Source: Syntrophorhabdaceae bacterium (GTDB lineage Bacteria > Desulfobacterota > Syntrophorhabdia > Syntrophorhabdales > Syntrophorhabdaceae). Taken from it: 64,000 nt of DNA. The first letter of the stretch is position 1. Every line of letters begins with the position of its first letter. A program made the translations under genes and the position numbers. The stretch is from the NCBI GenBank assembly GCA_963665295.1, contig OY762209.1, positions 1,120,001 to 1,184,000 on the forward strand, given 5' to 3'. Below are positions 19,665 to 29,196 of the stretch, one piece after another. The notes under the pieces are model-generated. The model saw only the letters and a list, made by a program, of their open reading frames with translations. It did not search any database and had not been told where the DNA came from.

Positions 19665-20454
19665 AAGGAAGCGGGCATCCTCCCGGTCCGGGGCGACAAG
19701 GTTTCCCCTTCTCCCGGGGGTTTGCGCGGCGGTTCTTGTCCTGAATCTTGCAGTTTTTACCGTGCCTGTCCACGCCATGCACATAGCGGAGGGAATACTC
19801 CCCCTCGGCTGGGCAACCCTGTGGATCGCCGTCGCCCTTCCTTTCGTGGCCCTTGGCCTTAAGGACCTCAGGAGATTCCGCGAGTCCTCCCGCCATGCCA
19901 TGCCCCTTATCGGGCTCGTGGGCGCGGCGGTTTTCATCATCTCGTGCATGCCCGTTCCCGTTCCCATTGCGGGATCATGCTCCCACCCCTGCGGCACGGG
20001 GCTTGCGGCAATCCTCGTGGGACCCTTTATCACCGTGCTCATTGCGAGCATAGCCCTTCTCCTCCAGGCCCTCTTTCTCGCCCACGGGGGACTGACGACC
20101 ATAGGGGCCGATATATGTTCCATGGGCATTGCGGGGGCCTTTACGGGGTACGCCGTGTTCCGGTTCAGCCGGGCATTAAGGGTCCCCGTGTTTGCGGCGG
20201 CCCTCATGGCGGGCCTCTTTTCCGACTGGGCAACCTATTCGGCGACATCATTACAACTCGCCTCCGCCTTAAGCGGACCGGGGTCGTGGGGCTCCATGTT
20301 CACGGCCCTCCTTCTCGCGTTCATGCCCACCCAGATACCCCTGGGCCTTTTTGAGGGGATTATCACCGGAGGGGCGTACACCTTTCTCGTAAGCCGCAGG
20401 CCCGACCTGATCCCCCTCCTCACGGCGAGGAAGAGCGTGGAGGCGGTGAAATGA
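19651..20454 (+). CDS. cbiM: Cobalt ECF transporter substrate component
   Basis: Signal peptide ending VHA then MHIAEG; GSCSHPCG, AHGGLTTIGA, TQIPL..EG. Confidence 0.93.
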   Translation: MAKNRRKRASSRSGATRFPLLPGVCAAVLVLNLAVFTVPVHAMHIAEGILPLGWATLWIAVALPFVALGLKDLRRFRESSRHAMPLIGLVGAAVFIISCMPVPVPIAGSCSHPCGTGLAAILVGPFITVLIASIALLLQALFLAHGGLTTIGADICSMGIAGAFTGYAVFRFSRALRVPVFAAALMAGLFSDWATYSATSLQLASALSGPGSWGSMFTALLLAFMPTQIPLGLFEGIITGGAYTFLVSRRPDLIPLLTARKSVEAVK

Positions 20455-20744
20455 GGGGCCTTTCCATGTTCGTTGCGGTTTTTCTCATTCTTTTTGCCTT
20501 CACCCTCATCTCCGTCCGGGCGGATTCAGGCAAATGGGCGGGCGTCGATGAGACGGTTGTGGAAAGGTTTGCCGGGAAGGCGGGCCGTCCCGCAAAAGAG
20601 CCCTTTATCAATTGGGGCCAGGGCGACCTCCCCCTCTTTATCTTTCTCATTGCCGGTGCAACGGGCGGGTTTGCGGCAGGATACTATTTCAGGGTGCTTT
20701 TCCACGAAAAAGGACGGGAGGGTGAGCCGAAAAACGATGTTTGA
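20451..20744 (+). CDS. cbiN: Cobalt ECF accessory membrane protein (CbiN-like)
   Basis: Small two-TM protein (WAGVD..VE, GDL.LF.F..AG..GGF..GY) between cbiM and cbiQ. Confidence 0.7.
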   Translation: MRGLSMFVAVFLILFAFTLISVRADSGKWAGVDETVVERFAGKAGRPAKEPFINWGQGDLPLFIFLIAGATGGFAAGYYFRVLFHEKGREGEPKNDV

Positions 20745-21513
20745 CCTCTTTTCCGATATCTTTACCCACCGTGAAAACGGACTCAGGCGACTCGATGCGA
20801 GAATGAAGTTCTTCGTCGTGATCGCAACCCTCATCACCCTGATCCTGTCCCGGGGATTCGCCTATCCCCTCATCGTCCTTACCGCCTCTCTTCTCGCTCT
20901 TCTCGCGGTGAGGATTCCCGTCCGGTTCATCGCCTTTCGCCTTCTTATGCCGGCGGCCATCGTCCTTGTTCTCATCGGCCTCAAGGCCCTTCTGACCCAC
21001 GGCGAGCCGCTTTTCCGTACGGTCCTTTGGGGCGTGACCATTGCGATTACCCGTGAAGGGCTTACGAGCGGTCTCTCCATGGGGGCCCGTGTAGTCGCCG
21101 CAGTGACCCTGCTCATCCTCTTCGGCAGCGTTACCCCGGCCCATTCCATATTTCACGCCATGCGATGGATGCGGGCCCCGAGGGAATGGGTGGAATTGGC
21201 GCTCCTCATGTACCGCTACATATTCGTTCTTGTGGAAACGACTGCCAATATGGCCACGGCCCAGCGTCTCCGCCTGAGCTACAACGGGGTAAGGAACTCG
21301 TTTCGCTCGGCAGGGGTGCTCTGCGGCGCGGTCATGCTGAAATCCATCGATCAGGCCATGAAGGCGGGGGAGGCCATGGAACTTCGGGGTCACGCAGGCG
21401 CCGTTCCCCTCGCGCCTCTGACGCCCCTCTCGCCTCCGCAGGTGACGGCCTCCATAGGGGCCTGTCTCCTCGTTGTTTCTATCCAGGGAGTCTGCGAATG
21501 GTTTCTTCCATGA
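20737..21513 (+). CDS. cbiQ: Cobalt ECF transporter T component
   Basis: LDARMK, MYRYIFVL, AQRLR, AMELRG. Confidence 0.92.
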   Translation: MFDLFSDIFTHRENGLRRLDARMKFFVVIATLITLILSRGFAYPLIVLTASLLALLAVRIPVRFIAFRLLMPAAIVLVLIGLKALLTHGEPLFRTVLWGVTIAITREGLTSGLSMGARVVAAVTLLILFGSVTPAHSIFHAMRWMRAPREWVELALLMYRYIFVLVETTANMATAQRLRLSYNGVRNSFRSAGVLCGAVMLKSIDQAMKAGEAMELRGHAGAVPLAPLTPLSPPQVTASIGACLLVVSIQGVCEWFLP

Positions 21514-22394
21514 AACACACCGATGAACCGGTGATCCGCGCCGAAAAGATCAGCTTCTCTTACGTGGGCCACGGCCTTGCCCTTGACTGTATCGATTTCA
21601 TGGTCCGGAAGGGTGAGTTTGTCGCCTTCCTTGCATCGAACGGCGCGGGGAAGACCACCTTCCTCAAGGTGCTGGTGGGGCTTCTCAAGCCCGGGACAGG
21701 CAGTGTCCGGCTCAACGGGAGGGACATAAAAGGCCTTTCAGCGAGCGTTATCTGCCGGGAGATCGGTTTCGTCCTCCAGAATCCCACAGATCAGCTCTTT
21801 GCCGCCACCGTGGAGGAGGATGTGGCCGCAGGTCCCAGAAACCTGGGGCTTCCCGAGGATGAGGTGGAGCGTCGCGTGGCGGAGGCCCTAGAACTGGTGT
21901 CCGTTTCCCACCTCCGGAAAAGGGCCATACATCACATAAGCCACGGCGAGCAGAAAAGGGTCTCCATTGCGGGCATAATCGCCATGAACCCCTCCACCCT
22001 TATTCTCGATGAACCTACGGCAGGCCTCGACCCCGAAGGAGAGGCATCCATGCTGAGAACGCTGAACCGTCTCAACAAGGAGCACGGGAAGACCATCATT
22101 CTCGCGACCCATTCCGTTGACATGCTCCCCCTGTTTGCCGACAGGATCGTCATCATGAACAGCGGTAAGATATTGCAGGACGGCAGCCCTGAAGAGGTCT
22201 TCGCCGACCGTGAGATGCTTAAAGGCGCCCGCTTGAGGCTCCCTTATATTTCCCGTCTTCTTTACGAGCTGAGACACCTTGATGGCGCGCCCATAGACGG
22301 TATACCTCTCACCATCGGCGAGGCCCGGGTAAAACTCCTCGAACTGATTCCCGAGGAGCGACTGATCCGCAACATGAGGGGGCAAGGGGAATGA
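21510..22394 (+). CDS. cbiO: Cobalt ECF transporter ATPase
   Basis: NGAGKTT, QNP..QLF..TVEEDV, SHGEQKRV.IAG, LDEPTAGLDP. Confidence 0.93.
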   Translation: MKHTDEPVIRAEKISFSYVGHGLALDCIDFMVRKGEFVAFLASNGAGKTTFLKVLVGLLKPGTGSVRLNGRDIKGLSASVICREIGFVLQNPTDQLFAATVEEDVAAGPRNLGLPEDEVERRVAEALELVSVSHLRKRAIHHISHGEQKRVSIAGIIAMNPSTLILDEPTAGLDPEGEASMLRTLNRLNKEHGKTIILATHSVDMLPLFADRIVIMNSGKILQDGSPEEVFADREMLKGARLRLPYISRLLYELRHLDGAPIDGIPLTIGEARVKLLELIPEERLIRNMRGQGE

Positions 22395-23449
22395 AGGCGC
22401 TCAGAGGGGGTTTTTCCACGGGCGCGTGCGCGGCCGCGGCGGCAAAGGCGGCGGTGATCGTCCTTTCAGGCCGTCCCGGCGTGGCCGAGGCAGAGATCGG
22501 CCTGCCCCGGGGAGAGCGGGTCGGCTTTACCGTGCATGGGGCCGTGGCGGACGGCGACCGGGCCCGTGCGTGGGTGAGAAAGTCCGCGGGCGATGATCCG
22601 GACGTTACGGATGGCGTCGATATTGTGGTCTCCGTATCGTGGATCGATGGGACGGACGTGGTTTTTGCGGCGGGAGAGGGCGTGGGCATGGTGACCAAGC
22701 CCGGCCTCTCGGTCCCTCCCGGGGAGCCCGCCATCAACCCTGTTCCGAGGGCGATGATCCGCTCCGCGGTGAGAGAAGTGACCGGCAGGGGCGTAAGGGT
22801 CACCATCTCAATCCCGGGCGGTGAGGCCCTTGCCCGAAAGACCTTCAATCCCCGCCTCGGTATCAGGGGAGGACTCTCCATCCTGGGCACCACGGGGCTG
22901 ACGAGGCCTTTCAGTTGCAAGGCCATCCAGTGCACCATCGAGTGCGCCCTGAATGTCTCCTTCGCTTCAGGCATTTCCGCCCCTGTCCTTGTGCCGGGCC
23001 ACATCGGCGAAGGTTCCGCGAGAAAGCACCTCGTGCTCTCCGACGAGCAGGTCATAGAGGTGGGCAACGAGTGGGGGTTTACCCTCGATGTGTTGAAGCA
23101 GAGGGCCGGTCCCCTCTCCCTCCTCATTCTGGGGCATCCGGGAAAGCTCGCCAAACTGGCGGAGAACGAGTGGGACACCCACTCCTCCCGGTCCAAAAGC
23201 GCCGTTCCCCTCGTGGCAGGGATGGTTCTTGCCATGTTCGGCAAGGGCCTGCCCGATACGGAGACCGTGGAGGGGATCTTTGCCGCCCTTCTCCCGGAAG
23301 AGGGGCAAAGGTTGGCGGAGGGGCTCGCCGGGAGGATCGGCAGGGCCGTGGGAGAAAGGCTCGGCTATGGGGCGGAGGTATCCGTTGCGCTCATAAATAT
23401 GAAGGGTGACATACTCGGCGCGTGGGGAGGGCTTGAGAGATGGCAGTGA
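22391..23449 (+). CDS. cbiD: Cobalt-precorrin-5B C1-methyltransferase
   Basis: GFSTGACAAAAAKAA, K.AGDDPDVT, PAINPVPR, TFNPRLGI.GG.SILGTTG. Confidence 0.96.
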   Translation: MKALRGGFSTGACAAAAAKAAVIVLSGRPGVAEAEIGLPRGERVGFTVHGAVADGDRARAWVRKSAGDDPDVTDGVDIVVSVSWIDGTDVVFAAGEGVGMVTKPGLSVPPGEPAINPVPRAMIRSAVREVTGRGVRVTISIPGGEALARKTFNPRLGIRGGLSILGTTGLTRPFSCKAIQCTIECALNVSFASGISAPVLVPGHIGEGSARKHLVLSDEQVIEVGNEWGFTLDVLKQRAGPLSLLILGHPGKLAKLAENEWDTHSSRSKSAVPLVAGMVLAMFGKGLPDTETVEGIFAALLPEEGQRLAEGLAGRIGRAVGERLGYGAEVSVALINMKGDILGAWGGLERWQ

Positions 23450-24084
23450 AAGAGCACAGGATCACCATTGTAGGCTGCGGTCCCGGTTCGCCTGATTACA
23501 TGACAGGCGCGGGTCTTAGGGCCATCGAAAAGGCGGAGGTCCTCATGGGGGCCGGGAGACTCCTTGACGCCTTCGGCCGTCATGACCAGGAGCGGATACC
23601 CGTGGGCGCCGACGTAGCAGGGGCCCTCGACCGTCTTCAAGGGATTTTCAGGACGAGGAAGACGGCGGTCCTCGTGAGCGGCGATCCGGGGCTCAAAAGC
23701 TTCGCCTCGAATGTCATCGACCGTTTCGGCAGGGATAAGTGCGAAGTGATACCCGGCGTCAGCTCGGTGCAGGCCGCCTTTGCCCGTGTCGGCCTCGCCT
23801 GGCATGACGCCCGCATCGTAAGCGCCCATGAAGGCATCCCGCCTGTGGCGCCTTTGTCTCTCGTGAAGGAGGAGAAGGTGGCCGTTCTCGCGGGCGGGGA
23901 CAAATCTATCGGATGGATCAGGGCGTTAGCGGTCGCCCTCGGCCCGGACCACGTCATCTACCTCTGCCGGGACCTGACCCTTGACACGGAAGAAGTCCGG
24001 CAGGTAGGGTCCGACGAACTCGGTGGCATGAGCCTGCCCTCCCGGTCCATATTGCTCTTTATCAAGGAGGACTTTTCACCATGA
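23440..24084 (+). CDS. cbiE: Cobalt-precorrin-7 C5-methyltransferase
   Basis: IVGCGPG, SGDPG, PGVSSVQ.AFAR....W.D...SAH. Confidence 0.9.
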   Translation: MAVKEHRITIVGCGPGSPDYMTGAGLRAIEKAEVLMGAGRLLDAFGRHDQERIPVGADVAGALDRLQGIFRTRKTAVLVSGDPGLKSFASNVIDRFGRDKCEVIPGVSSVQAAFARVGLAWHDARIVSAHEGIPPVAPLSLVKEEKVAVLAGGDKSIGWIRALAVALGPDHVIYLCRDLTLDTEEVRQVGSDELGGMSLPSRSILLFIKEDFSP

Positions 24085-24800
24085 AACCAGGGACCCTTTA
24101 CGGCATCGGCATTGGCCCCGGCGACCCGGACCTCATCACCGTGAAGGGCGCGGCGGTGCTTTCGCGATGCGGCCATATATTCGTTCCGAAATCAAAGGTG
24201 GCGGCAGAGAGCCTTGCCCTCACCATTGCGACGAAACATATCAACCCCGGGGCAAAGGTCCACGAAGTGCTCTTTCCCATGACCAAAGACGAATCGGAAT
24301 TGCGCAAGAGGTGGGACGAGTCGGCGGAGCGGATCGCCGCGGTCCTCATGACCGGCGAAGACGCCGTCTTTATCACCCTGGGCGACGCGCTCCTCTATTC
24401 CACGTATATTTATTGCATCAGGGCGCTCCGGCGCCTTATGCCCCATGCCGGGATCGTCACCATACCGGGGGTCACCTCCTTTTCGGCCGCTGCGGCGGCA
24501 GCGGGATTTCCCATAGGCGAGGGGAAGAATCCCGTGACCATTATCCCCACGGCCGATGACCTGGGCGACGTGCGCCGTGCCCTCGGCGGGAAAGGGACGG
24601 TCATCCTCATGAAGGTGGGCAACCGTCTCGGCGGCATCGTAGAGCTGCTCAAAGAGGCGGACGCCCTCGGGGAAAGCGTTTTTGTGGCCCACGCGAGCAT
24701 GGACGACGAGCGGGTGGAAACCGACCTTGCCCATATGGATACCGGGGGAGAGGCGGGATACCTTTCGATAATCCTTACCCATTCCAAGGAGGAAGCATGA
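24081..24800 (+). CDS. cbiL: Precorrin-2 C20-methyltransferase
   Basis: LYGIGIGPGDPDLITVK, FPM, TLGD..LYST, PGVTS, LMK, YLS. Confidence 0.92.
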   Translation: MKPGTLYGIGIGPGDPDLITVKGAAVLSRCGHIFVPKSKVAAESLALTIATKHINPGAKVHEVLFPMTKDESELRKRWDESAERIAAVLMTGEDAVFITLGDALLYSTYIYCIRALRRLMPHAGIVTIPGVTSFSAAAAAAGFPIGEGKNPVTIIPTADDLGDVRRALGGKGTVILMKVGNRLGGIVELLKEADALGESVFVAHASMDDERVETDLAHMDTGGEAGYLSIILTHSKEEA

Positions 24801-25555
24801 AGGTTTATTTTATAGGTTCAGGCCCCGGTGACCCGGAACTGATGACAAGGAAGGCCGAGCGCCTTCTTAAGCAAGCCCGGATCTGCGTCTACGCAGGATC
24901 CCTTTTGAGCCCTGCCGTGGTGGCGATGATCCCCGAAGAAGCGGAAAAATACGACTCGGCGAGACTCGATCTGAAGGCGTTGACGGCTATCTATAAAGAT
25001 GCCGGGGAAAGGGGTGTGGATGTCATGAGGCTTCACTCGGGAGACCTCTCCCTCTATAGCGCCATAGGGGAACAGATCGACGAACTCGAAAAGCTGGGCA
25101 TCGACTACGAGGTCGTGCCCGGTGTAAGCTCTTTTCAGGCCGCGGCAGCGGCGCTCAGGCAGGAGTTGACCCTGCCCGAGGTCTCCCAGACGGTCATACT
25201 GACCCGCATGCCCGGTGAAACGCCCGTAGGGGAAGGGGACGATATAAGGAAGCTCGCCGAGACAAAAGCGACACTCTGCATGTTCCTCTCCATCCATAGG
25301 ATGGGGGAGATTGCCGGGACCCTTTCGGAGTTTTACGGCCCTCAATGCCCCGCTGCAGTGGTCTACCATGCCTCGTGGCCCGATCAACGGGTCATAAGGG
25401 GAACCCTTGCAGATATCTCCGGAAAGGTGGAGGCTATGAATATCACTAAGACGGCGATGATAATCGTGGGGTGGGCCCTTGGCCCTGCCTCGGCCCGGTC
25501 GAAGCTCTACGACGGGGCTTTTTCGCACGGCTACAGGTCGGGGACAAAGGGATGA
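24797..25555 (+). CDS. cbiF: Cobalt-precorrin-4 C11-methyltransferase
   Basis: VYFIG.GPGDPEL, YAGSL, RLHSGD, ELT.PEVSQT, ASWPD, SKLY...FSH.YR. Confidence 0.95.
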   Translation: MKVYFIGSGPGDPELMTRKAERLLKQARICVYAGSLLSPAVVAMIPEEAEKYDSARLDLKALTAIYKDAGERGVDVMRLHSGDLSLYSAIGEQIDELEKLGIDYEVVPGVSSFQAAAAALRQELTLPEVSQTVILTRMPGETPVGEGDDIRKLAETKATLCMFLSIHRMGEIAGTLSEFYGPQCPAAVVYHASWPDQRVIRGTLADISGKVEAMNITKTAMIIVGWALGPASARSKLYDGAFSHGYRSGTKG

Positions 25556-26322
25556 TAGCCCTTATCACCCTCTCTTCCGAAGGGGCGTCGATTGCGCGGA
25601 CCCTGGCCGCGGCCCTGCCGGATACCCGAATATTTCTCCACGAGGCCGTTGCCGACAAGGAGGGCGGGGAGAGGTTCGGCAGTATCTTTGATGTGACAGG
25701 CCGCATCTTTAACGAGGCGGAGGCCCTTGTCTTCATCGCCCCTGTGGGTGTGGCCGTGCGGTCGATTGCGCCCCATATACGGGACAAGAGGACGGACCCT
25801 GCGGTGGTGGTGGTGGATGTGCGGGGGCGCTACGCCATAAGTCTTCTCGCGGGGCATGAGGGCGGGGCGAACGACCTTTCCCTTGCCATCGGCAATATCC
25901 TCGGAGCGGAGCCCGTTATCACTACCTCGACGGAGGCGCTCAAGACAATTATCGTAGGAGTGGGCTGCCGCAAGGGCTGCGAGGCCGGGATCATCGTGGA
26001 GGCAGTGAAAAGGGCCGTTGCCGACGCAGGGGCGCAGATGAGCGAGGTCCGTTACATTGCCTCGGCGGACATAAAGGAAAAGGAACAGGGGCTTATCGAC
26101 GCGGCCCGCGCCCTCTCGATAGCCTTACGGTTTATCCCGTCCGCGGAGATAAGGTCGAAGGCGCCCTCGTGCAAGGAATCGGCCTTAGTGAGGGAGAAAT
26201 TCAATCTGCCCGGAGTCGCCGAGCCTGCGGCGCTCCTTGCAGGAAGGAGGACATCATTAGTACTTCCAAAGACAATTTACGGAGGAGTGGCTGTGGCGGT
26301 GGCCCGGGAAAACTCTTTGTAG
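25552..26322 (+). CDS. cbiG: Cobalt-precorrin-5A hydrolase (short form)
   Basis: G.AVR.IAP...DK..DPAVVVVD, SLL.GH.GGAN, PVITT, G.GCRKG, GVAEPAAL. Confidence 0.93.
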   Translation: MIALITLSSEGASIARTLAAALPDTRIFLHEAVADKEGGERFGSIFDVTGRIFNEAEALVFIAPVGVAVRSIAPHIRDKRTDPAVVVVDVRGRYAISLLAGHEGGANDLSLAIGNILGAEPVITTSTEALKTIIVGVGCRKGCEAGIIVEAVKRAVADAGAQMSEVRYIASADIKEKEQGLIDAARALSIALRFIPSAEIRSKAPSCKESALVREKFNLPGVAEPAALLAGRRTSLVLPKTIYGGVAVAVARENSL

Positions 26323-27035
26323 TGGGCATAGGGGCCGGAGGACCTGTTGGCCGGACCCTTGCTGCCATAAAGGCCATTGAAGGGAGCCACGTTATCCTGG
26401 GTTATAAGCGATATGTCGAGCTTATCGCCGACATTATCGACGGGCAGGAGGTCGTCTCCTCGGGTATGACCAGGGAGGTGGAGAGGTGCCGTCAGGCGCT
26501 CCGGCTTGCGGCAGAGGGTAAGACCGTCTCTCTCATCTCATCCGGAGACCCCGGCATCTACGGCATGGCGGGTCTTGCAATCGAGGTGGCATCCAAGGAA
26601 GGGTTCGACGTTCCCATAGAGATCATCCCCGGCGTGACGGCTGCAAGCGCCGCCGCCGCCCGTCTCGGCGCCCCGCTCATGCTCGACTGTGCATTTATCA
26701 GCCTGAGCGATATTCTCGTTCCCTGGCAGGAGATCGCTCGGCGCCTGGAGAAGGTCGCTTCGGCGGACCTCGTGACGGTGCTTTACAATCCCAAAAGCAA
26801 GGAGCGCCGCTCCCACATCGAAGAGGCGCGCGCCATATTCGGGCGCTACAGGTCCGGCTCGACGCCCGTGGGCATCGGCACGTCCCTGGGCGCGGAAGAC
26901 GAGGAGGTCGTTCTCACCGACCTCGACCATTTTCTTGAACACGACATGAATATGAGGAGCATCGTGATTATAGGGAACAGTACGTCGAAAAAGATGGATA
27001 AGTGGTTCGTGACCCCGAGGGGCTACAGCCTTTGA
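26301..27035 (+). CDS. cbiH: Cobalt-precorrin-3B C17-methyltransferase (start codon unclear)
   Basis: GKLFVVGIG, GY..Y, M..E..R, SSGDPGIYGMAG, GAPL..D...ISLSD...PW, YNP.S, TPRGY. No in-frame ATG at the homology start; in-frame GTGs at 26169 and 26322. Confidence 0.9.
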   Translation, partial: GPGKLFVVGIGAGGPVGRTLAAIKAIEGSHVILGYKRYVELIADIIDGQEVVSSGMTREVERCRQALRLAAEGKTVSLISSGDPGIYGMAGLAIEVASKEGFDVPIEIIPGVTAASAAAARLGAPLMLDCAFISLSDILVPWQEIARRLEKVASADLVTVLYNPKSKERRSHIEEARAIFGRYRSGSTPVGIGTSLGAEDEEVVLTDLDHFLEHDMNMRSIVIIGNSTSKKMDKWFVTPRGYSL

Positions 27036-27793
27036 TTCTTCTCCTGGGAGGCACGAGCGACACGGCACCCCTTGCGGACCTCATTGCCGGCGCGGGACAC
27101 GAGGTACTTGTTTCGACGGCCACCGATTATCCCCTCCATAAAGGGGTCCACCCCTCTATCTCCCACAGGGCGGGTCCCCTTGACAGGGACGGTCTCGTCA
27201 CCCTTATCCGGAGCAAGAATATCCGGACCCTTGTGGATGCGACACACCCCTATGCGGAGGCGGTGAGCATTGCGGCCCGCGAAGCGGCCCGCATCACGAA
27301 CATTCCCTGCCTGACCTTTATACGTCCCGCAGCCGTAGGCGACGGGTCCGGCGTGCTCCTTGCGGAGAACCATATCGATGCAGCACAACGGGCCTTTGCT
27401 GTCGGCGAGCCCGTGCTTCTGACCATAGGCGCCAATAATCTCGCCCCCTATGCCGAAGAGGCGAAAAAGACGGGCGTCCCTTTTACCGCACGGATCCTTC
27501 CCCGGGAAGAATCCCGTCTGGCCGCCATAAAGGCCGGAGTGCCGGACGACTGCCTCGTCATGGCCAAGGGGCCCTTTTCCATAGAGGAAAACTCCGGGCT
27601 GATAAGGAAGACCGGGGCCGGGGTCATGGTGACCAAGGACGGCGGCGCCGTGAGCGGAGTCCTCGAGAAACTCGAGGCCGGCCGCAGAGAAGGGTGCCGC
27701 ATGATCCTCGTCAAAAGGCCCTTGCCACAGGGAGAGTGCTTCGATACTTACGGCGCGCTGCTCAAATGTCTGTCCACGCTGAGGCCCGTGTAG
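27002..27793 (+). CDS. cbiJ: Cobalt-precorrin-6A reductase
   Basis: LLGGTSD, DATHPYA, GPFS.E.N, VTKDGG, K..A.......V.RP. Confidence 0.93.
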   Translation: MVRDPEGLQPLILLLGGTSDTAPLADLIAGAGHEVLVSTATDYPLHKGVHPSISHRAGPLDRDGLVTLIRSKNIRTLVDATHPYAEAVSIAAREAARITNIPCLTFIRPAAVGDGSGVLLAENHIDAAQRAFAVGEPVLLTIGANNLAPYAEEAKKTGVPFTARILPREESRLAAIKAGVPDDCLVMAKGPFSIEENSGLIRKTGAGVMVTKDGGAVSGVLEKLEAGRREGCRMILVKRPLPQGECFDTYGALLKCLSTLRPV

Positions 27794-27934
27794 CGCCCCC
27801 ACATCAAAGCCGGGGGTCACCTCAGGGGCTACCTCAGGTTGTACTTCGATGAACCGGATATTTCTTTGCACTGAGAATGTTTGAGGGGATCATGAACGCA
27901 GCTATTGACGAGGATGTCGATGAATTCTCTTTTT

Positions 27935-27968
27935 AGGCGGAAAGGCGGGGCTTTCCAGCCTTTTTTTG
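27935..27968 (+). terminator. Probable intrinsic terminator downstream of the cbi operon
   Basis: AGGCGGAAAG...CTTTCCAGCCT hairpin followed by a T run. Confidence 0.55.
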
Positions 27969-27991
27969 TACATGCGCCTGTAAACTGGTTT

Positions 27992-28283
27992 TTATGGATG
28001 TGGGGGATTCTGTTCCGTAAGTGGTGTGACGTGGGTAGCGGCACCGGACTTCCTTATCCGGGCGAGGTCATATGATCCCTGAAGCTGCAACCAGCTTTCG
28101 GGGCTACGCCCGAAGGCCTGTGATAGTCTCAGGGGAAATGCTCGCGTGCCCGTTTAGCAGCAACGAAAGCGTCTTACGGGTTACACCAAGGCCTTCAGCG
28201 GCTTTTGTGGCGCTTAAGCCAAGGGGATTGATGCACAGGTCCCGTATAATCTCGCCGGGATGGGGAGGGGTTTTCATAGCCAT
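27992..28283 (-). pseudogene. higA: HigA-family antitoxin (HTH) pseudogene
   Basis: [61 protein letters not shown], then a frameshift near 28125; the other frame continues [19 protein letters not shown]. The first frame stops after 59 aa, so it is missing from the ORF track. Confidence 0.85.
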
Positions 28284-28447
28284 ACTTTACATCTCCTAAT
28301 GATTCTCTGTCCCCAAGCTGTCCCCATTAACTCTTTATTCGGTCAAAGCCCCATGGGAAGAATCAAGGCCCCCTTGGGGGAAGCGAATTGCCTCGGTCGC
28401 CGGCAATGCCCGAATCGGGGAAGGGAGTGCGGGTTAGGGACGGTTTC

Positions 28448-28942
28448 TTACGGGTTTACCGGCACCTGCACCACGTGGGAGGGTACGAAGCTTCCGTTCA
28501 CCCATTGGTCGGGCACCTCCACCCATCTCCCGTTGGGGTCGTTCTCGGATACGGGCGAGCCATCGCCATTCTGGGGCAGGTTCTCAGCATCGGACCCGTC
28601 CGAGTAATAAAGGAGCTGACCGGAAGGACCTTCGCCGGATGCGGCCCCGGCGGGCGGCGCTTCCCCCGCGCCCCAACCGGCCTGGTAACCGTAATAGGGG
28701 ATGGCATAATAGAGTACGCGGTAAGGCCGCCAGTGCGGACGCGGACCCGGACGAAACGGACGGCACGCCATGCCTGCGGGCCGGGTCATGCGGCTCGACA
28801 CAGGATGTCCCGCGGCTATGGCTCCCCCGCGAGACCCGCCCCCGCCGCGGGCTCCGCCGCCTCCCCGGGCGTAAGACGGGAAAGGCCCGACCATTATGAT
28901 GCTAAGGGCCAGGACCAACGAAACAAATAGATACCTTCTCAT
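28448..28942 (-). CDS. Secreted Gly/Pro-rich hypothetical protein
   Basis: Signal peptide, RGGG-rich segment, C-terminal GRWVEVP.QWVNG.FVPSH; GAGGA RBS. Confidence 0.65.
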   Translation of the reverse strand: MRRYLFVSLVLALSIIMVGPFPSYARGGGGARGGGGSRGGAIAAGHPVSSRMTRPAGMACRPFRPGPRPHWRPYRVLYYAIPYYGYQAGWGAGEAPPAGAASGEGPSGQLLYYSDGSDAENLPQNGDGSPVSENDPNGRWVEVPDQWVNGSFVPSHVVQVPVNP

Positions 28943-29196
28943 GATTTATCCTCGAAACCGTTCAGCCTTTGACGCATTGAGCGACAACACTCCATGAATA
29001 ATCATAGCAAAATCCGTGCCCTGGGGCTAAAAAACATAACCCTCTGCAATCATGCAGGTTGTGCTTCCTGCCTCGGGGCCTGGCCGGTTTTCGTCAGGCA
29101 ACAAATGTCGAAACCGTCCTTTCGGGGCGTCCAAATTGTCGCGCCCTTACGCGAAACCGGCGGACCGGCGCCCGGACCCGTACCGCGATCCCCGGC

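Noticed and set aside
14289..27871. Long antisense ORFs over the cbi operon (e.g. 14289-15875, 17654-18919)
   Set aside because: Shadow ORFs typical of high-GC coding DNA opposite well-supported genes.
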